64,000 bases of DNA, taken from Malacoraja senta. Lineage: Eukaryota. The DNA lies in contig CM075995.1 in assembly GCA_038087875.1 (NCBI GenBank), positions 9,116,001 to 9,180,000 of the forward strand. The letters are read 5' to 3'. The position numbers and the translations under genes are program-made. Below are positions 1 through 12,808 of this stretch, piece by piece (position 1 is the stretch's first letter; the number at the start of each line of letters is the position of its first letter). Below the pieces are notes generated by a model, which saw only the letters and a list, made by a program, of their open reading frames with translations, was not told the origin of the DNA and ran no database searches.

Positions 1-1640
1 CAAAGTTGGACCCTTGAAGACCGAAAAAGGTGAATTTATTATGGGGAACAAGGAAATGGCAGATGAGTTGAACAGGTACTTTGGATCCGTCTTCACTAAG
101 GAGGACACAAACAATCTGCCTGATATAGTAGTGGCCAGAGGATCTGGGGTGACGGAGGAACTGAAGGAAATCCACATTAGGCAGGAAATGGTGTTGGATA
201 GACTGATGGGACTGAAGGCTGATAAATCCCTAGGGCCTGATGGTCTGCATCCCAGGGTACTTAAGGAAGTGGCTCTTGAAATCGTGGATGCATTGGTGAT
301 AATTTTCCAATGTTCTATAGATTCAGGATCAGTTCCTGTGGATTGGAGGGTAGCTAATGTTATCCCACTTTTTAAGAAAGGCGGGTGAGAGAAAACAAGG
401 AATTATAGACCAGTTAGCCTGACATCAGTGGTGGGGAAGATGCTGGAGTCAAATATAAAAGTTGAAATAGCCGCTCATTTGGATAGCAGTAACAGGATCG
501 GTCCGAGTCAGCATGGATTTACGATGGGGAATTCATGCTTGACTAATCTTCTGGAATTTTTTGAAGATGTAACTAGGAAAATGGACAAGGGAGAGCCAGT
601 GGATATAGTGTACCTGGACTTTCAGAAAGCATTTGATAAGGTCCCACATAGGATATTAGTGGGCAAAATTAAGGCACATGGTATTGGGGGTAGAGTGCTG
701 ACATGGATAGAGAATTGGTTGGCAGACAGGAAACAAAGAGTAGGGATTAACAGGTCCCTTTCAGAATGGCAGGCAGTGACTAGTGGGGAACCGCAAGGCT
801 CGTTGCTGGGACCGCAGCTATTTACAATATACATCAATGATTTGGATGAAGGGATTCAAAGTAACATTAGCAAATTTGCAGATGACACAAAGCTGGGTGG
901 CAGTGTGAACTGTGAGGAGGATGCTATGAGAATGCAGGGTGACTTGGACAGGTTGGGGGAGTGGGCAGATGCATGGCAGATGAAGTTAATGCGGATAACT
1001 GTGAGGTTATCCACTTTGGTAGGCAAAAACAGGAAGGCAGATTATTATCTAAAATGGCATCAAGTTGGGAAAAGGGGAAGTACAACAGGATCTGGGGGTC
1101 CTTGTTCATCAGTCTTATGAATGTAAGCATGCATGGTACAGCAGGCAGTGATGAAAGCGAATGGCATGTTGGCCTTTATAACAAGAGGGAATCGAATATA
1201 GGAGCAAAGAGGTCCTTCTGCAGTTGTACAGAGCCCTAGTGAGACCACACCTGGAGTATTGTGTGCAGTTTTGGTCCCCTAATTTGGGCAAGGACATTCT
1301 TGCTATGGAGGGAGTGCAGCGGAGGTTTACAAGGTTAATTCCTAGGATGGCGGGACTGTCATATGCTGAGTAAATGGAGCGGCTGGGCTTGTACACTCTG
1401 GAGTTTAAAAGGACGAGAGGGGATCTCATGAAACATATAAGATTGTTAAGGGTTTGGACACACTAGAGGCAGGAACATGTTCCCGATGTTGGGGAGTCCA
1501 GAACCAGGGGCCACAGTTTAAGAATAAGGAGTAGGCCATTTAGAACGGAGACGAGGAAACACTTTTTCTCATCATCATTGAATGGCGGTGCTGGCTCGAA
1601 GGGCCGAATGGCCTACTCCTGCACCTATTGTCTATTGTCC
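1..1640 (+). mobile_element. CR1/HER1-like LINE, degenerate RT and 3' end
   Basis: ORF fragments with GPDGLHPRVLKE, YLDFQKAFDKVPH, QGS.LGP.LF and KFADDTK. (CTATTGT)n tail; stops and frameshifts present. Confidence 0.92.
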
Positions 1641-3480
1641 ACAGTGTACAGGATACATGATAAAGGGAATAATGTGAATCTGCAGGGGTAGAGGTTTCAA
1701 ATAGTGGATCGATTGTAATGCAAATAGTTGCCTGGGTGTGGGCACCATCTTGGGATCTTAGTGACCCCAAGATAGTGAACCCAAGATAGTGATCCCAAGA
1801 TCTTAATGATCCGAGATCATGATCCCAAAATCATAAAATCATCCTGAGATAGTGATCCCAAGATCTTACATAGAAACATAGAAATAGAAAATAGGTGAGG
1901 AGTAGGCCATTCGGCCCTTCGAGCCTGCACCCCCATTCAATATGATCATGGCTGATCATCCAGACCAGTATCCTGTAACCTGCCTTCTCTCCATACCCCT
2001 GACCCCTTTAGCCACAAGGGCTACATCTAACTCCCTCTTAAATATAGTCAATGAACTGCCCTCAACTACCTTCTGTGGCAGAGAATTCACAGATTCACCA
2101 TGTTCTGGACTTCCCCAACATCGAGAACAATCTTCCTGCATCTAGCCTGGTCCAACCCCTTAAGAATTTTGTAAGTTTCTATAGGATCTTAGTGATCCCA
2201 AGATAGATCCCAAGATCTTAATGATCCCAAGATCATCTGCATTTTAGTTAATAGCAGGGCTAAAATTGCATTTCTCACAATACACATATCTTTCAGCTTA
2301 GATGAACACCTTGCAAGTCAGGTCTTAGTGGATCGAAATAATGATCTTTAAAGTACATCAATGCAAGAGAGAAGTTGTATATAAAGGATGAGCATCATGA
2401 GTGGTGACAATTAAAACAATTTGTTTCGTTTATTGTCACGTGTACTGAGGTACAGTGAAAATATATTTTTTGTGTGCTACCAAGTCAGCGGAAAGACTGT
2501 ACAAGTTTACAATCAAGCTGTCCACAGTATACAGATTACAGGATAAAGGGAATAACGTTTCGTGCAAGATAAAGTCTAGTGACGTCCCATTGAAGATAGC
2601 TCAAGGGTCTCCAATTAGGTAGATGGAAGACACAAATTGCTGGGAAAACTCAGCGGGTCAGGCAGCATCTGTGGAGAACATGGATAGGTGACGTTTCACA
2701 GAGTGCCGAGTAACTCAGCGGGTCAGGCAGCATCTGTGGAGAACATGGATAGGTGACGTTTCACAGAGTGCTGGAGTAACTCAGCGGGTCAGCAGCATCT
2801 GTAGAGCGAAGGAAATGGGCAACCTTTCGGGCCGAAACCCTGAAGGAAATAGGCAACGTTTCGGGCCGAAACCCGGAAGGGTTTCGGGCCCGAAACGTTG
2901 CCTATTTCCTTCGCTCCATAGATGCTGCCGGAACATGGATAGGTACGTTTCACAGAGTGCTGGAGTAACCAGCGGGTCAGCAGCATCTGTGGAGAACATG
3001 GATAGGTGACGTTTCACAGAGTGCTGGAGTAACTCAGCGGGTCAGGCAGCATCTGTGGAGAACATGGATAGGTGACGTTTCACAGAGTGCTGGAGTAACT
3101 CAGCGGGTCAGGCAGCATCTGTGGAGAACATGGATATGGTGACGTTTCACAGAGTGCTGGAGTAACTCAGCGGGTCAGGCAGCATCTGTGGAGAACATGG
3201 ATAGGTGACGTTTCGGGTCTAGATCCTTCTTCAGATGGTGGGTCAGGACCTCTCTCCAGTCGGTGAGAGAATGGTTCAGGTTTGACACACACCTCCAGAT
3301 TCAGGATCGTTTCTTCCCAGCTGCCATCAGGTAACTGAGCCGTCCTCTCACCAACTAGAGAGCGGTCCCGAGCTACCATCCACCTCATTGGGGACCCTCG
3401 GACTATCTTCACTGGGCTCCGTCTCGCACGAGAAACGTTACGATGGGGGGGGAGAAAAAAATAATCTGTTGGGCCTTCCC

Positions 3481-4377
3481 TCAGTATTCGCCGCTGTCGT
3501 ATTCTGTGGGGATGAACTGGGCGCTCAGGGTAGGGGTTGGAGGAACAGCTGCCGTATCTGTAGTTGTCCAGCCCGTCGAGCAGCTCTGGCTTCGAGGGTC
3601 CTTCCTGCTGGTAGGCCGGAGACGGCTTGACCACGCCACTGTCCTCTTGATACTTCGGCTCGGGGTAAATGGTGGCCTCTGCCAAATGGTTGCAGTTCGG
3701 CAGGTTCTTGACGTCGCAAACGTTGTCTCCAAACTTGCCCATGGGCTTGTAGGTCTGGTAGGAGACCTTGGGTGGTGGTGGTGATGATGGTCTGCAGAGC
3801 CGGAGGGGTCGAGCTGGCACCGCCAACCTGCAAGGGAATTCGCCGTTGTAGTAATGGCCGTTGCTGCCGGGCGTGAGGCGTCCGCACTCGTTCCTGTCGA
3901 CCCCACAACCCCCTTTCATCAGTTGCTTCCAGCCAGGTCAAAGTTCCGGTCGCGGACGCCGGCGGGGCCCATCCCGCGCTGGGGTCCACCAAGCTGCACG
4001 CACATCTTCCCCGAGTCCCCCCTCGGGCTGAGCGCCACCGGCGGCGGCGGAAGCGGCGGGAGGTCCTTGTAAAGGGACGGGTAGGCGGCTGGACCCGCGT
4101 AGCCGGGAACCGCAAACTCATAGCCGCAGGACCCCGGGGCAGGTAGATCCCTTGGGTGGCAGGCGACCTTCTGGAGAGGCGAGGACATTTCCCCCAAGCT
4201 GCCGGCTGGGTCGTAGGCGGGCTTGTACGCCTCTGCGCTTTGGAACGGCGGGCAGTGATGTGCCGGGGCGGCGAAGTTTGGCTCCCCGGCTATCAAGCTG
4301 TATCTGTCCGCCGGCTTCCATGCAGGGCAGGTGGTTGAGGCTGTTGAAGACGCCCCGCTATCGTGGTATCTACTTGC
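3481..4377 (-). CDS. GCM2: GCM2 terminal coding exon 5 (several single-base indels)
   Basis: Acceptor ttcgttccag. GCM2-type motifs are spread over three frames: CGYEFAVPGY...YPSLYKD, GWK, YYNGEFPCR, PPALQTIITTTTKVSYQ (the conserved C-terminal inhibitory domain of GCM2), and YDSGEY* with TGA at 3481-3483. Confidence 0.85.
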
Positions 4378-4437
4378 CTGGAACGAATCAAACAACATCG
4401 AGATTAACTTTGATCAACTAAGATTGGGCGGCAGGGT

Positions 4438-4977
4438 TAGTGTTGCCAACTGTAACTGTATTAGCCGGGAAATCCCGTATATTGGAGCTAAATTGGTTTG
4501 TCCCGTACGGGACCGCCTTGTCCCGTATTTGACCGCTACTACTCGGGTCGAGGGGACTGTCGGGTCGGAGCGCCACGTCCCGGCCTCCGCCTCACCCGTC
4601 CGACGTAGTGCAGCCCATGGAGTGCAGCAGCAGCAGCGCAGCAGCGCCTCGCCCGGGGCCCGTCGGTCGGCAGCCCGGCCAGCTGTCCGACCTTCGCTTA
4701 CCGCCGACACCACCACCACCACCCGCCTTCTCACGGCCGGTCATCGGTTCATGAGTTGGATGGGACGACGGACTTTACGCGCGACGTTGCGTGGCCCCCC
4801 CTGGCCAAATACTCCTCAGCTGGCCCGCCGGCTGGACTTTGTGTGCAGTCCAGCACCCGGGGCCAACTCATCATTCACCCAGCCACGGCCGAGTCGATCA
4901 ACGAATAGCCGTCGGGAATTTGTCCCGTATTTTGACCTTTTGTCCTTTATTTGGGAGTGAGAAAGTTGGCTACCCAA
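4438..4977. mobile_element. Non-autonomous hAT-like element inserted into a V-SINE head
   Basis: TIRs TAGTGTTGCCAAC / GTTGGCTACCCAA; 8-bp TSD GGCAGGGT (4430-4437) versus GGCACGGT (4978-4985); internal TCCCGTA repeats. Confidence 0.75.
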
Positions 4978-6179
4978 GGCACGGTTGTGTTGCTGCCTCA
5001 CAGCGCCAGAGACCTGGGTTCGATCCTGACTACGGGTGCTGTCTGTATGGAGTTTGCTCCACAATTTCTCCCCAGTTTCTCACCATTTTCTCCGGGTGCT
5101 ACTGTTTCCTCGACACTCCAAAGATGTAGAAGTCTGTAGTATCATTGGCTTGGTAAAATTGTAAATTGTCCCTGGTGTGTGTGGGGATAGTGAAAGTGTG
5201 TGGGGATCGCTGGTCTGTTGAATTCTCTGCCTCAAGGGCGGTGGAGGCAGGTTCTCCTCGGATGCTTTCAAGAGAGAGCTAGATAGGGCTCTTAAGATAG
5301 CGGAGGTCAGGGGATATGGGGAGAAGGCAGGAACGAGGTACTGATTGTGGATGATCAGCCATGATCATGTTGAATGGCGGTGCTGGCTCGAAGGCCGAAT
5401 GGCCTACTCCTGCACCTATTGTCTATTGTTTATTGTCTATTCCCTTTCACCTTAACCTATGCCCTCTGGTCCTTGATTCTCCTACTCTGGGCAAGACCGA
5501 TCTATCCAGGTACACCTCGTTAAGATCATCCCTCATCCGCCAGCGATCCAAAGATCTTTTCTATTGTTCATTCATTTTCAATGTCAATTCTATTCTTTGT
5601 GAAAATCTGTTGATATGTACACAGTTGAATGTTTGATAAGAAATATGATGAAATAGACGTTGTATATTTGTTAAACGTATAAAATCCAAGAGGTGGACTG
5701 CTCTCGATCTCAGTAAAAGGAAAGGTCCTCCCTTCAATTGTTTGGGATAAAAAGCTACCCCTTAAGCCCTGTCCCACTTTCCCAAGTTACTCACGAATTC
5801 TCCCGAGTTCTCACCCTTGTTTCCAGCTCGGAGAATGTCCGTAGCCAGTCCGTAAGAGGCCGTAGGGGTCCGTAGATGTTTCGTAGCGGCTCGTAATGCC
5901 AGCCGTAGCTACTCGGGGCATCAGGTACGTCGGGGACGTTTTTTCAGCATGTTGAAAAATGTCCACGAGTAAAACAAAAATAGCCCCGAGTACCTACGGC
6001 TGGCATCTCCGAGTTTGAATCAAGGGAAAACTCGGGAGAATTTGTGAGTAACTCGGGAAAGTGGGACAGGGGCTAGGCTCCTAGTTGATCTTTCCCTTCT
6101 CACCTTAAACCAATGTCCTCTGGTTCTTGATTCCACAACTGGGGGAAAGACTTTGTAAATTGTCCTCCAGTGTGTAGAG

Positions 6180-6543
6180 CAGGGGGTGGACAACCTTGTT
6201 CTGCATAGGGGCCGGGACGCACGTCTGTGAGCGGATGGCGGGGGCCACATCTATCACGTGTACACATGGATCCCGCCCACATCCCGCCCCGGATGGCAGG
6301 CATCAAATCACGTGCAATCCTCGCATGGCTCCACCCGCTGAGATTTCTCCCGCATTTTTTGTCTACCTTCGATTTTCCAGCATTGGCAGTTCTTTCTCAA
6401 ACGTGTTCACAGAAGATGCGCAGCCGTGCCGGCGGCTTTGCGCAGGATGCGGTACGGCCAGACATCGGCGCTGCTCGGTGGGCTGGATGATTACGGGGTA
6501 TGGGCCGCATTCGGCCCGGGGGCCGTAGGTTGTCCGGCACCTG
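6180..6543. mobile_element. Non-autonomous hAT (Charlie-like) DNA transposon
   Basis: TIRs CAGGGGGTGGACAACC / GGTTGTCCGGCACCTG; perfect 8-bp TSD GTGTAGAG at 6172-6179 and 6544-6551. Confidence 0.85.
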
Positions 6544-7243
6544 GTGTAGAGAGCGAATGAGAAGGTGGGATAACGTAGAACTAGAGTGAGCGGGTGACCA
6601 AGTCAGCACGGACTCGTTGGGCCGAAGGGCCTGTTTCAATGCTGCTTCCTTCAATCAATCTGTATCATCTGAGAATTCCACCTTAGTTTAGATGGAAACA
6701 AGCCCTACGTCCCCATTGACAGACACAAAATGCAGGATTAACTCAGCAGGTCAGGCAGCATCTCTGGAGAGAAAGGAATGGGCGACGTTTCGGGCCAAGA
6801 CCCTTCTTCAGATTGAGCCAATTGACCAAGACTGTGGAATTCATTGCCACAGGAGGCTGAGGAGGCCAAGATTAATGGATATTATTAAGACAGAGATAGA
6901 TAGAGTCTTGATTAGTTACGGGTGTCAGGGTTATGGGGACAAGGCAGGAGAGAATGGGTTGAGAGGGAAAGATAGATCAGCCATGATTAAATGGGCGGAG
7001 TATAGTCGATGGGCCGAATGGCCCTATTCTGCCCCATCTACGCTAGTCTCACCTGTCCCCATTTGGCCCCTATCCCTCTAAACCTATCCTATCCATGTAC
7101 CTGTCTAGATTTTTCTTAAACGTTGCGATGGTTATAGAGGAATTGAGTCCCCAGCCAGCCCACCCTCTTCCCATAGCTCAGGGCCCTTGAGTCCTGGCAA
7201 CAGCCTCGTAAATCTTTGCACCCTTTTACCAGCTTGACAACAT

Positions 7244-7443
7244 NNNNNNNNNNNNNNNNNNNNNNNNNNNNNNNNNNNNNNNNNNNNNNNNNNNNNNNNN
7301 NNNNNNNNNNNNNNNNNNNNNNNNNNNNNNNNNNNNNNNNNNNNNNNNNNNNNNNNNNNNNNNNNNNNNNNNNNNNNNNNNNNNNNNNNNNNNNNNNNNN
7401 NNNNNNNNNNNNNNNNNNNNNNNNNNNNNNNNNNNNNNNNNNN
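7244..7443. other. Assembly gap (200 N) within GCM2 intron 4
   Basis: Run of N. Confidence 1.
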
Positions 7444-8035
7444 GTAAAAGGTTCTGGGAATTCACCCTGTCACAGCCGAGGAAGCACAATCTACCACAGG
7501 CAATGATGGTCCAATTCTACATGGCCATCGTAGAGTCTGTCCTCACCTTCTCCATCATGGTCTGGTTTGGATCAGCCACCAAGCACGACATCCGGAGACT
7601 GCAGCGAATCGTCCGATCAGCTGAGAAGGTTGTTGGCTGCAACCTTCCCTCCATTGATGAACTGTACACTGCAAGGGCCAGGAAGCGAGCGGGCAAGATC
7701 ATCTCTGACCCCTCTCACCCTGGCCACAAACTCTTTGAATCACTTCCCTCTGGAAGGCGACTCCGGACTGTCAAAGCCGCCACAGCCAGACATAAAAACA
7801 GCTTTTTTCCACGAGTAGTTGCTCTACTCAACAGCCCAAAATCTGTAGCCTCCTTTTGCTCTGGTATTTTATTTCATTCACATGTTTAATCAATAATGTT
7901 TTATTATTAATGTTTAATGTTTTATGTGTCATTCCTAACTGTCACTGTACGTCATGTTGTCACTTGCGGGCGGAGCACCAAGGCAAATTCCTTGTATGTG
8001 AATACTTGGCCAATAAACTTATTCATTCATTCAAT
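7444..8035 (+). mobile_element. Rex1/Babar-type LINE 3' fragment
   Basis: ORF 7503-7889 reads FY.AIVESVLTFSIMVWFG...LQRIVRSAEK...DPSHPGH.LF..LPSGRR; (CATT)n tail. Related pieces at ~20280-20680(-), 59090-59390(-) and 24295-24485(-). Confidence 0.8.
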
Positions 8036-8611
8036 TCCCCTCATGATCTTACCCATCTTTAGACTTTAAACATTAGCGCGGAAACAGGCCCTTCTGCCCA
8101 CCGAGTCCGTGCAACCAGCGATCACCCCGTACACTAGTACTATCCCACACACACTGGGGGCAATTCATAATTTTTAACCCGATCAACCTACAAACAACAA
8201 GTTCAGTTTAGTTTATTGTCGCGAGTACTGATGGTACAGCGAACAGCTTTTGTTGTGTGCCATTGGGGATGATCAGCCATGATCACATTGAATCGCGGTG
8301 TTGGCTCGAAGGGCCAAATGGCCTACTCCTGCACCTATTGTCTATTGTCTATTGTCTATTGTCATCCAGACATGTGCGTCTTTGGAGTGTGGGAGGAAAC
8401 GGGAGCACCCGGAGAAAACCCACGCAGGTCACGGGGAGGACGTCGTACAGACAGCACCCGTAGTCAGGATCGAACCCGGGTCTCCGGCGCTGTGAGGCAG
8501 CGACTCTACCGCTGGTGTCACCTATAAGATCACACCGTTGATGGGGACAAGCGACAGAATATGGGTGCCGTGGCCACTGAGATAGCGAGTCTTTCCTGCT
8601 GCGTCTCCTAC

Positions 8612-8737
8612 CTCAGGTTCCATGTGCCTCTTCTTGTGTGTGAAGTGTGGGGAGGACAGGCATCTTTTCACAGCGCTCCTCCTGGTTTCCGTTTCCGATT
8701 TGCTCTCCGGCCTCGGGTGGTCATGGACTCCTTTGGC
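8612..8737 (-). CDS. GCM2: GCM2 coding exon 4
   Basis: Encodes AKGVHDHPRPESKSETETRRSAVKRCLSSPHFTHKKRHMEPE, the end of the GCM domain plus a basic NLS-like segment. 126 bp, acceptor atgcag, donor GTAGGA. Confidence 0.95.
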
Positions 8738-9799
8738 CTGCATACATAACACATCATTTAATCTTTACACTGCCCGACCCATAGAAACATAGAAACATAG
8801 ACAATAGGTGCATGAGTAGGCCATCGGGCCCTTCGAGCCTGCACCGCCATTTATTGTGATCATGGCTGATCATCCACAATCAATAACCCGTGCCTGCCTC
8901 AATGTGATCATGGCTGATCATCCCCAATCAATACCCCGTTCCTGCCTTCTCCCCATATCCCCTGACTCCGCTATCTTTCAGAGAGTTGTGAGTCTGTGGA
9001 ATTCTCTGCCTCAGAGGGCGGTGGAGGCCAATTCTCTGGATGCTTTCAAGAGAGAGCTAGATGGGGCTCTTAAAGATAGCGGAGTCAGGGGATATGGGGA
9101 GAAGGCAGGAACGGGGTACTGATCGTGGATGATCAGCCATGATCACAGTGAATGGCGGTGCTGGCTCGAGGGGCCGAATGGCCTACTCCTGCACCTATTG
9201 TCCATTGTCTAGAACAATGAAAGTCTTACTTGCAGCAACATAGTACATACTCTGAAGAATATATAACCTCATAACAAATACTTCGAGTCACATAGTAACT
9301 GTCACTGTATGTCACATTGTCACTTGCGGGCAGAGCACCAAGGCAAATTCCTTGTATGTGAATACTTGGCCAATAAACTTATTTATTCATTCATTCATTA
9401 GTGTCAGAGTCATACCACACGTAAATAGGCCATTCGGCCCAACTTGCCCATTCTATCCAAGATGGCGGCACGGTGGCCTACACTAGTTCTATCCCACATA
9501 CTACCGCTGGCTTTTTGCTGACTGGTTAGCACGCAACAGAAGCTTTTCACTGTACCTCGGTGCACGTGACAATAATCTAAACTGGAACACTAGGGACAAT
9601 GTACAGAAGCCAATTAAGCTGCAAACCTGCAGGTCTTTGGAGTGTGGGAGGAAACCTGAGATCCCGGAGAAAGCCCAGGTGGTCACGGGGAGAACATCAT
9701 ACAAACTCCGTGCAGACGGCACCCGTAGTCAGGATCGAACCCGGGTCTCGGGCGTTGTAAGGTGGCAACACTACCGCTGCTCCACCGTGCCGCCCTTAC

Positions 9800-9911
9800 C
9801 TGAAAGAATATGGCTTTGGCATCAAGCCGCCAGAGTTGGTCACTGGATATCCGCTGTGTCCTCGGCAAGGGACCAACTCCAATCCTGAGTTACAGTTCGG
9901 ACAAATCTTCT
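9800..9911 (-). CDS. GCM2: GCM2 coding exon 3 (apparent 1-bp deletion near 9834)
   Basis: Encodes [26 protein letters not shown][F][11 protein letters not shown]. Acceptor tcttccag, donor GTAAGG. It is 112 bp; restoring one T (AACTTCTGG) gives 113 bp and the conserved TNFWR. Confidence 0.93.
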
Positions 9912-9945
9912 CTGGAAGACAAAGTTACTTATTAAGATACGTAAC

Positions 9946-10388
9946 ATGGTGCGGGGCAGAGGTTCACCTGCACCTCCTCCAACCTCATCTATTGCATCCG
10001 CTGCTCTAGATGTCAGCTGCTCTACATCGGTGAGACCAAGCGTAGGCTTGGCGATCACTTCACCCAACACCTCCGCTTGGTTCGCAATAACCAACCTGAT
10101 CTCCCGGTGGCTCAGCACTTCAACTCCCCCTCCCATTCCAAATCCGACCTTTCTGTCCTGGGTCTCCTCCATGGCCAGAGTGAGGCCCACTCTAAATTGG
10201 AGGAGCAGAACCTCATATTTCGTTTGGGTAGTTTACACCCAGCGGTATGAACATTGACTTCTCCAATTTCAGGTAGTCCCTGCTTTCTCCCTCCTTCCCC
10301 TTCCCTCCCCAGCTCTCCCACAGCCTACTGTCTCCGCCTCTTCCTTTCTTCTTCCCGCCCCCACCCCCACATCTGTCTGAAGAAGCAT
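9946..10388 (+). mobile_element. Penelope-like GIY-YIG fragment in GCM2 intron 2
   Basis: Nucleotide similarity to 56969-57300 (TACATCGGTGAGACCAAG = YIGETK). Ends at CTGAAGAAG. Confidence 0.85.
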
Positions 10389-11604
10389 TTGTTGCGTGCT
10401 AACCAGTCAGCGGAAAGTCAGTGATCGTGTGTAGGATAGAACTAGTTTAAGCCACTGTGCCGCCCTTCTTGGATAGAACTGGCAAGTTGGGCTGAAGGGC
10501 CTATTTCTGCATGGTATGACTATGATACGGAGATTTTGTTATTGGTTCAGTTGCCTGATAACTTCAGTTTAATTTAATTTAGAGTTACAACACGGAAACA
10601 GGCCCTTTGGCCCATTGAGTCCGCACCGACCAGCGATCCCCGCACAGTAACACTACCCCACACACACTAGGGGCAAATTAAATTTATACCAAGCCAATTA
10701 ACCTACAAACCTGCACGTCTTTGGAGTGTGGGAGGAAACCGAAGATCTCGGAGAAAACCCACGCAGGTCACGGGGAGAACGTACAAACTCCGTACAGACA
10801 GCACCCGTAGTCAGGATCGAACCCGGGTCTCTGGCGCTGTGAGGCAGCAACTCTACCGCTGCGCCACCGTGCCGTCCAGTTGTTGATGGTTGTTTAGTAA
10901 TTTGGTGTTTCTGGTGCCCTTAACTATCCTAGAAGTTACCTGGCAATTTTCAGTTAACATTCTGCTTGACTGTCAATATTATGCCATCAACAGTAAGGAT
11001 TAGAACTGACTGAAAGAGATTTGTTTGTGGAGTAAGACCTATTGGCTTCGCTGAGGCTCAATTAACTGGTATGGGATAATAGACCTCTTCCACTTCTTAA
11101 AGACGGAGTAAAGAATGGGTATGGTGGTAGAACTATCACACAAACCATTGAAGGTAGGTTAAAATGCTGGAGAAACTCAGCGGGTGAGGCAGCATCTTCG
11201 GGTCTCGGCCCGAAACATCGCCTATTTCCTTCGCTCCATCGATGCTGCCTCACCCGCTGAGTTTTTCCAGCATTTTTGTCTACCTTCGATTTTCCAGCAT
11301 CTGCAGTTCCTTCATAAACATCCCTTCCATTCAACTCCATTCAGTCTGAAGAAGGGTCTCGACCCGAAAACGTCGCCCATTCCTTCTTTCCAGAGGAGCT
11401 GCCTCACCCGCTGAGTTACTCCTCCAGCATTTCGTGTCTACCTCCCTTCCATCGACTACATTAACACTTCACGCTGCCTCGGCAAGGCCACCAGCATCAC
11501 CAAGAGACCAGTCTCAACATTTAAGGGACAATTGGACAGAATTTAATAGGAACCTAAGGGGTCATTTTCTCACACAAAGGGTGGTTAGCGTATGGAACAA
11601 GTTG

Positions 11605-12115
11605 CAATAGACAATGCACAATAGGTGCAGGAGTAGGCCATTTGGCCCTTCTAGCCAGCACTGCCATTCAATGTGATCATGGCTGATCATCCCCAATCGG
11701 TACCCCGTTCCTGCTTTCTCCCCATATCCCCTGACTCTGCTATCTTTAAGAGCCCTATCTAGCTCTGAAAGGATCCAGAGAACCGGCCTCCACCGCCCTC
11801 TGAGGCAGAGAATTTCACAGACTCACAACTCTCTGTGTGAAAAAGTGTTTCCTCATCTCCGTCCTAAATGGCTTACCCCTTATTCTTAAACTGCGGCCCC
11901 TGATTCTGGACTCCCCCAACATCGGGAACATGTTTCCCGCCTCTAGTGTGTCCAAACCCTTAATGATCTTATATGTTTCAATAAGAATCCCTCTCATCCT
12001 TCTAAACTCCAGAGTGTACAAGCCCAGCCGCTCCATTCTCTCAGCATATGACAGTCCCTCCATCCCGGGAATTAACCTTGTAAACCTACGCTGCGCTCCC
12101 TCAATAGCAAGAATG
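11605..12115 (-). mobile_element. CR1 3' fragment (representative of many; also ~17090-17547+, 18915-19397-, 23547-24180+, 28065-28500+, 32290-32810-, 33205-33628+, 37768-38153+, 41150-41625-, 42002-42380+, 42385-42772-, 54085-54480-, 60243-60752-, 61775-62290+)
   Basis: Recurrent peptide GLSYAERMERLGLYTLEFRRMRG...RTRGHSLRI...FF.QRVV.LWNSLP and a shared 3'UTR ending GGCCGAATGGCCTACTCCTGCACCTATTGT. Confidence 0.88.
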
Positions 12116-12555
12116 TCAGCAACCCCTCGAGTTCCTATTAAATATCCCTGCCCACCTTAAACCCACATCCTCAGCTTCTTGATTCTCTGGGCAAGAGATA
12201 AAGAAATAAACGCGGGCAGGTGGGCCCAACGTAGATGGGGCATCTTTGGCGAAGGGGCAAGTTGGGCCGAAGGGCCCGTTGCCATGCTGTATAATTCTCT
12301 ATGACTCAAAATTTAATTAACACAATTAGGTGAAGTATCAATCTACCAGTATCAAATGAGAGGAGGGTGGAGGGGAGGGGGGGTACGGTGGAGGGGAGAG
12401 GAGGGTGGAGGGGTGGGAGAGGAGGGTGGAGGGGTGGGAGAGGAGGTGGGTGGAGGTGGGCGGGAGGGGAGGAGAGGAGGGAGGAGGGGAGGGTGGAGGG
12501 GAGGGTGGAGGAGGGTGGTAGTGGGCGTGGCGGAGAGGTGGGCCTCCATACTCAC

Positions 12556-12808
12556 TCTGCTGCTTCTGCCGGGCCTTGTCGCAGATGGCGGGCCTGAGCT
12601 GCAGCCTGCCTCCCCCGGGCAGTGTACAGTTGCCGCCACACACCACCACGCCCAGGCACGACTTCTTGAGGATCTGGCAGTTGTGGTTGTTGGTGTTTCT
12701 CATTGCCCAGCCGCTGAGGTGCCGCTGAGCGTTCTTATCCGCGGCCAGGTAAATGTACCTCACGTAGCCGTCCGTCCACTCCTGGAACCCATCAAACTGC
12801 TTCACATC
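12556..12808 (-). CDS. GCM2: GCM2 coding exon 2 (GCM domain core)
   Basis: Encodes [20 protein letters not shown]...[31 protein letters not shown]...[16 protein letters not shown]. 253 bp, acceptor ttgtccag, donor GTGAGT, phase 1. Confidence 0.97.

Noticed and set aside
4331..4960. 209-aa GC-rich ORF / possible CpG island
   Set aside because: Lies almost entirely inside a hAT-like non-autonomous element with TIRs and an 8-bp TSD; no recognisable protein motif.
12556..12808. Assignment of the GCM gene as GCM1
   Set aside because: [22 protein letters not shown] and the PALQT.ITTTTKVSYQ motif, plus SYCP2L adjacency, indicate GCM2.
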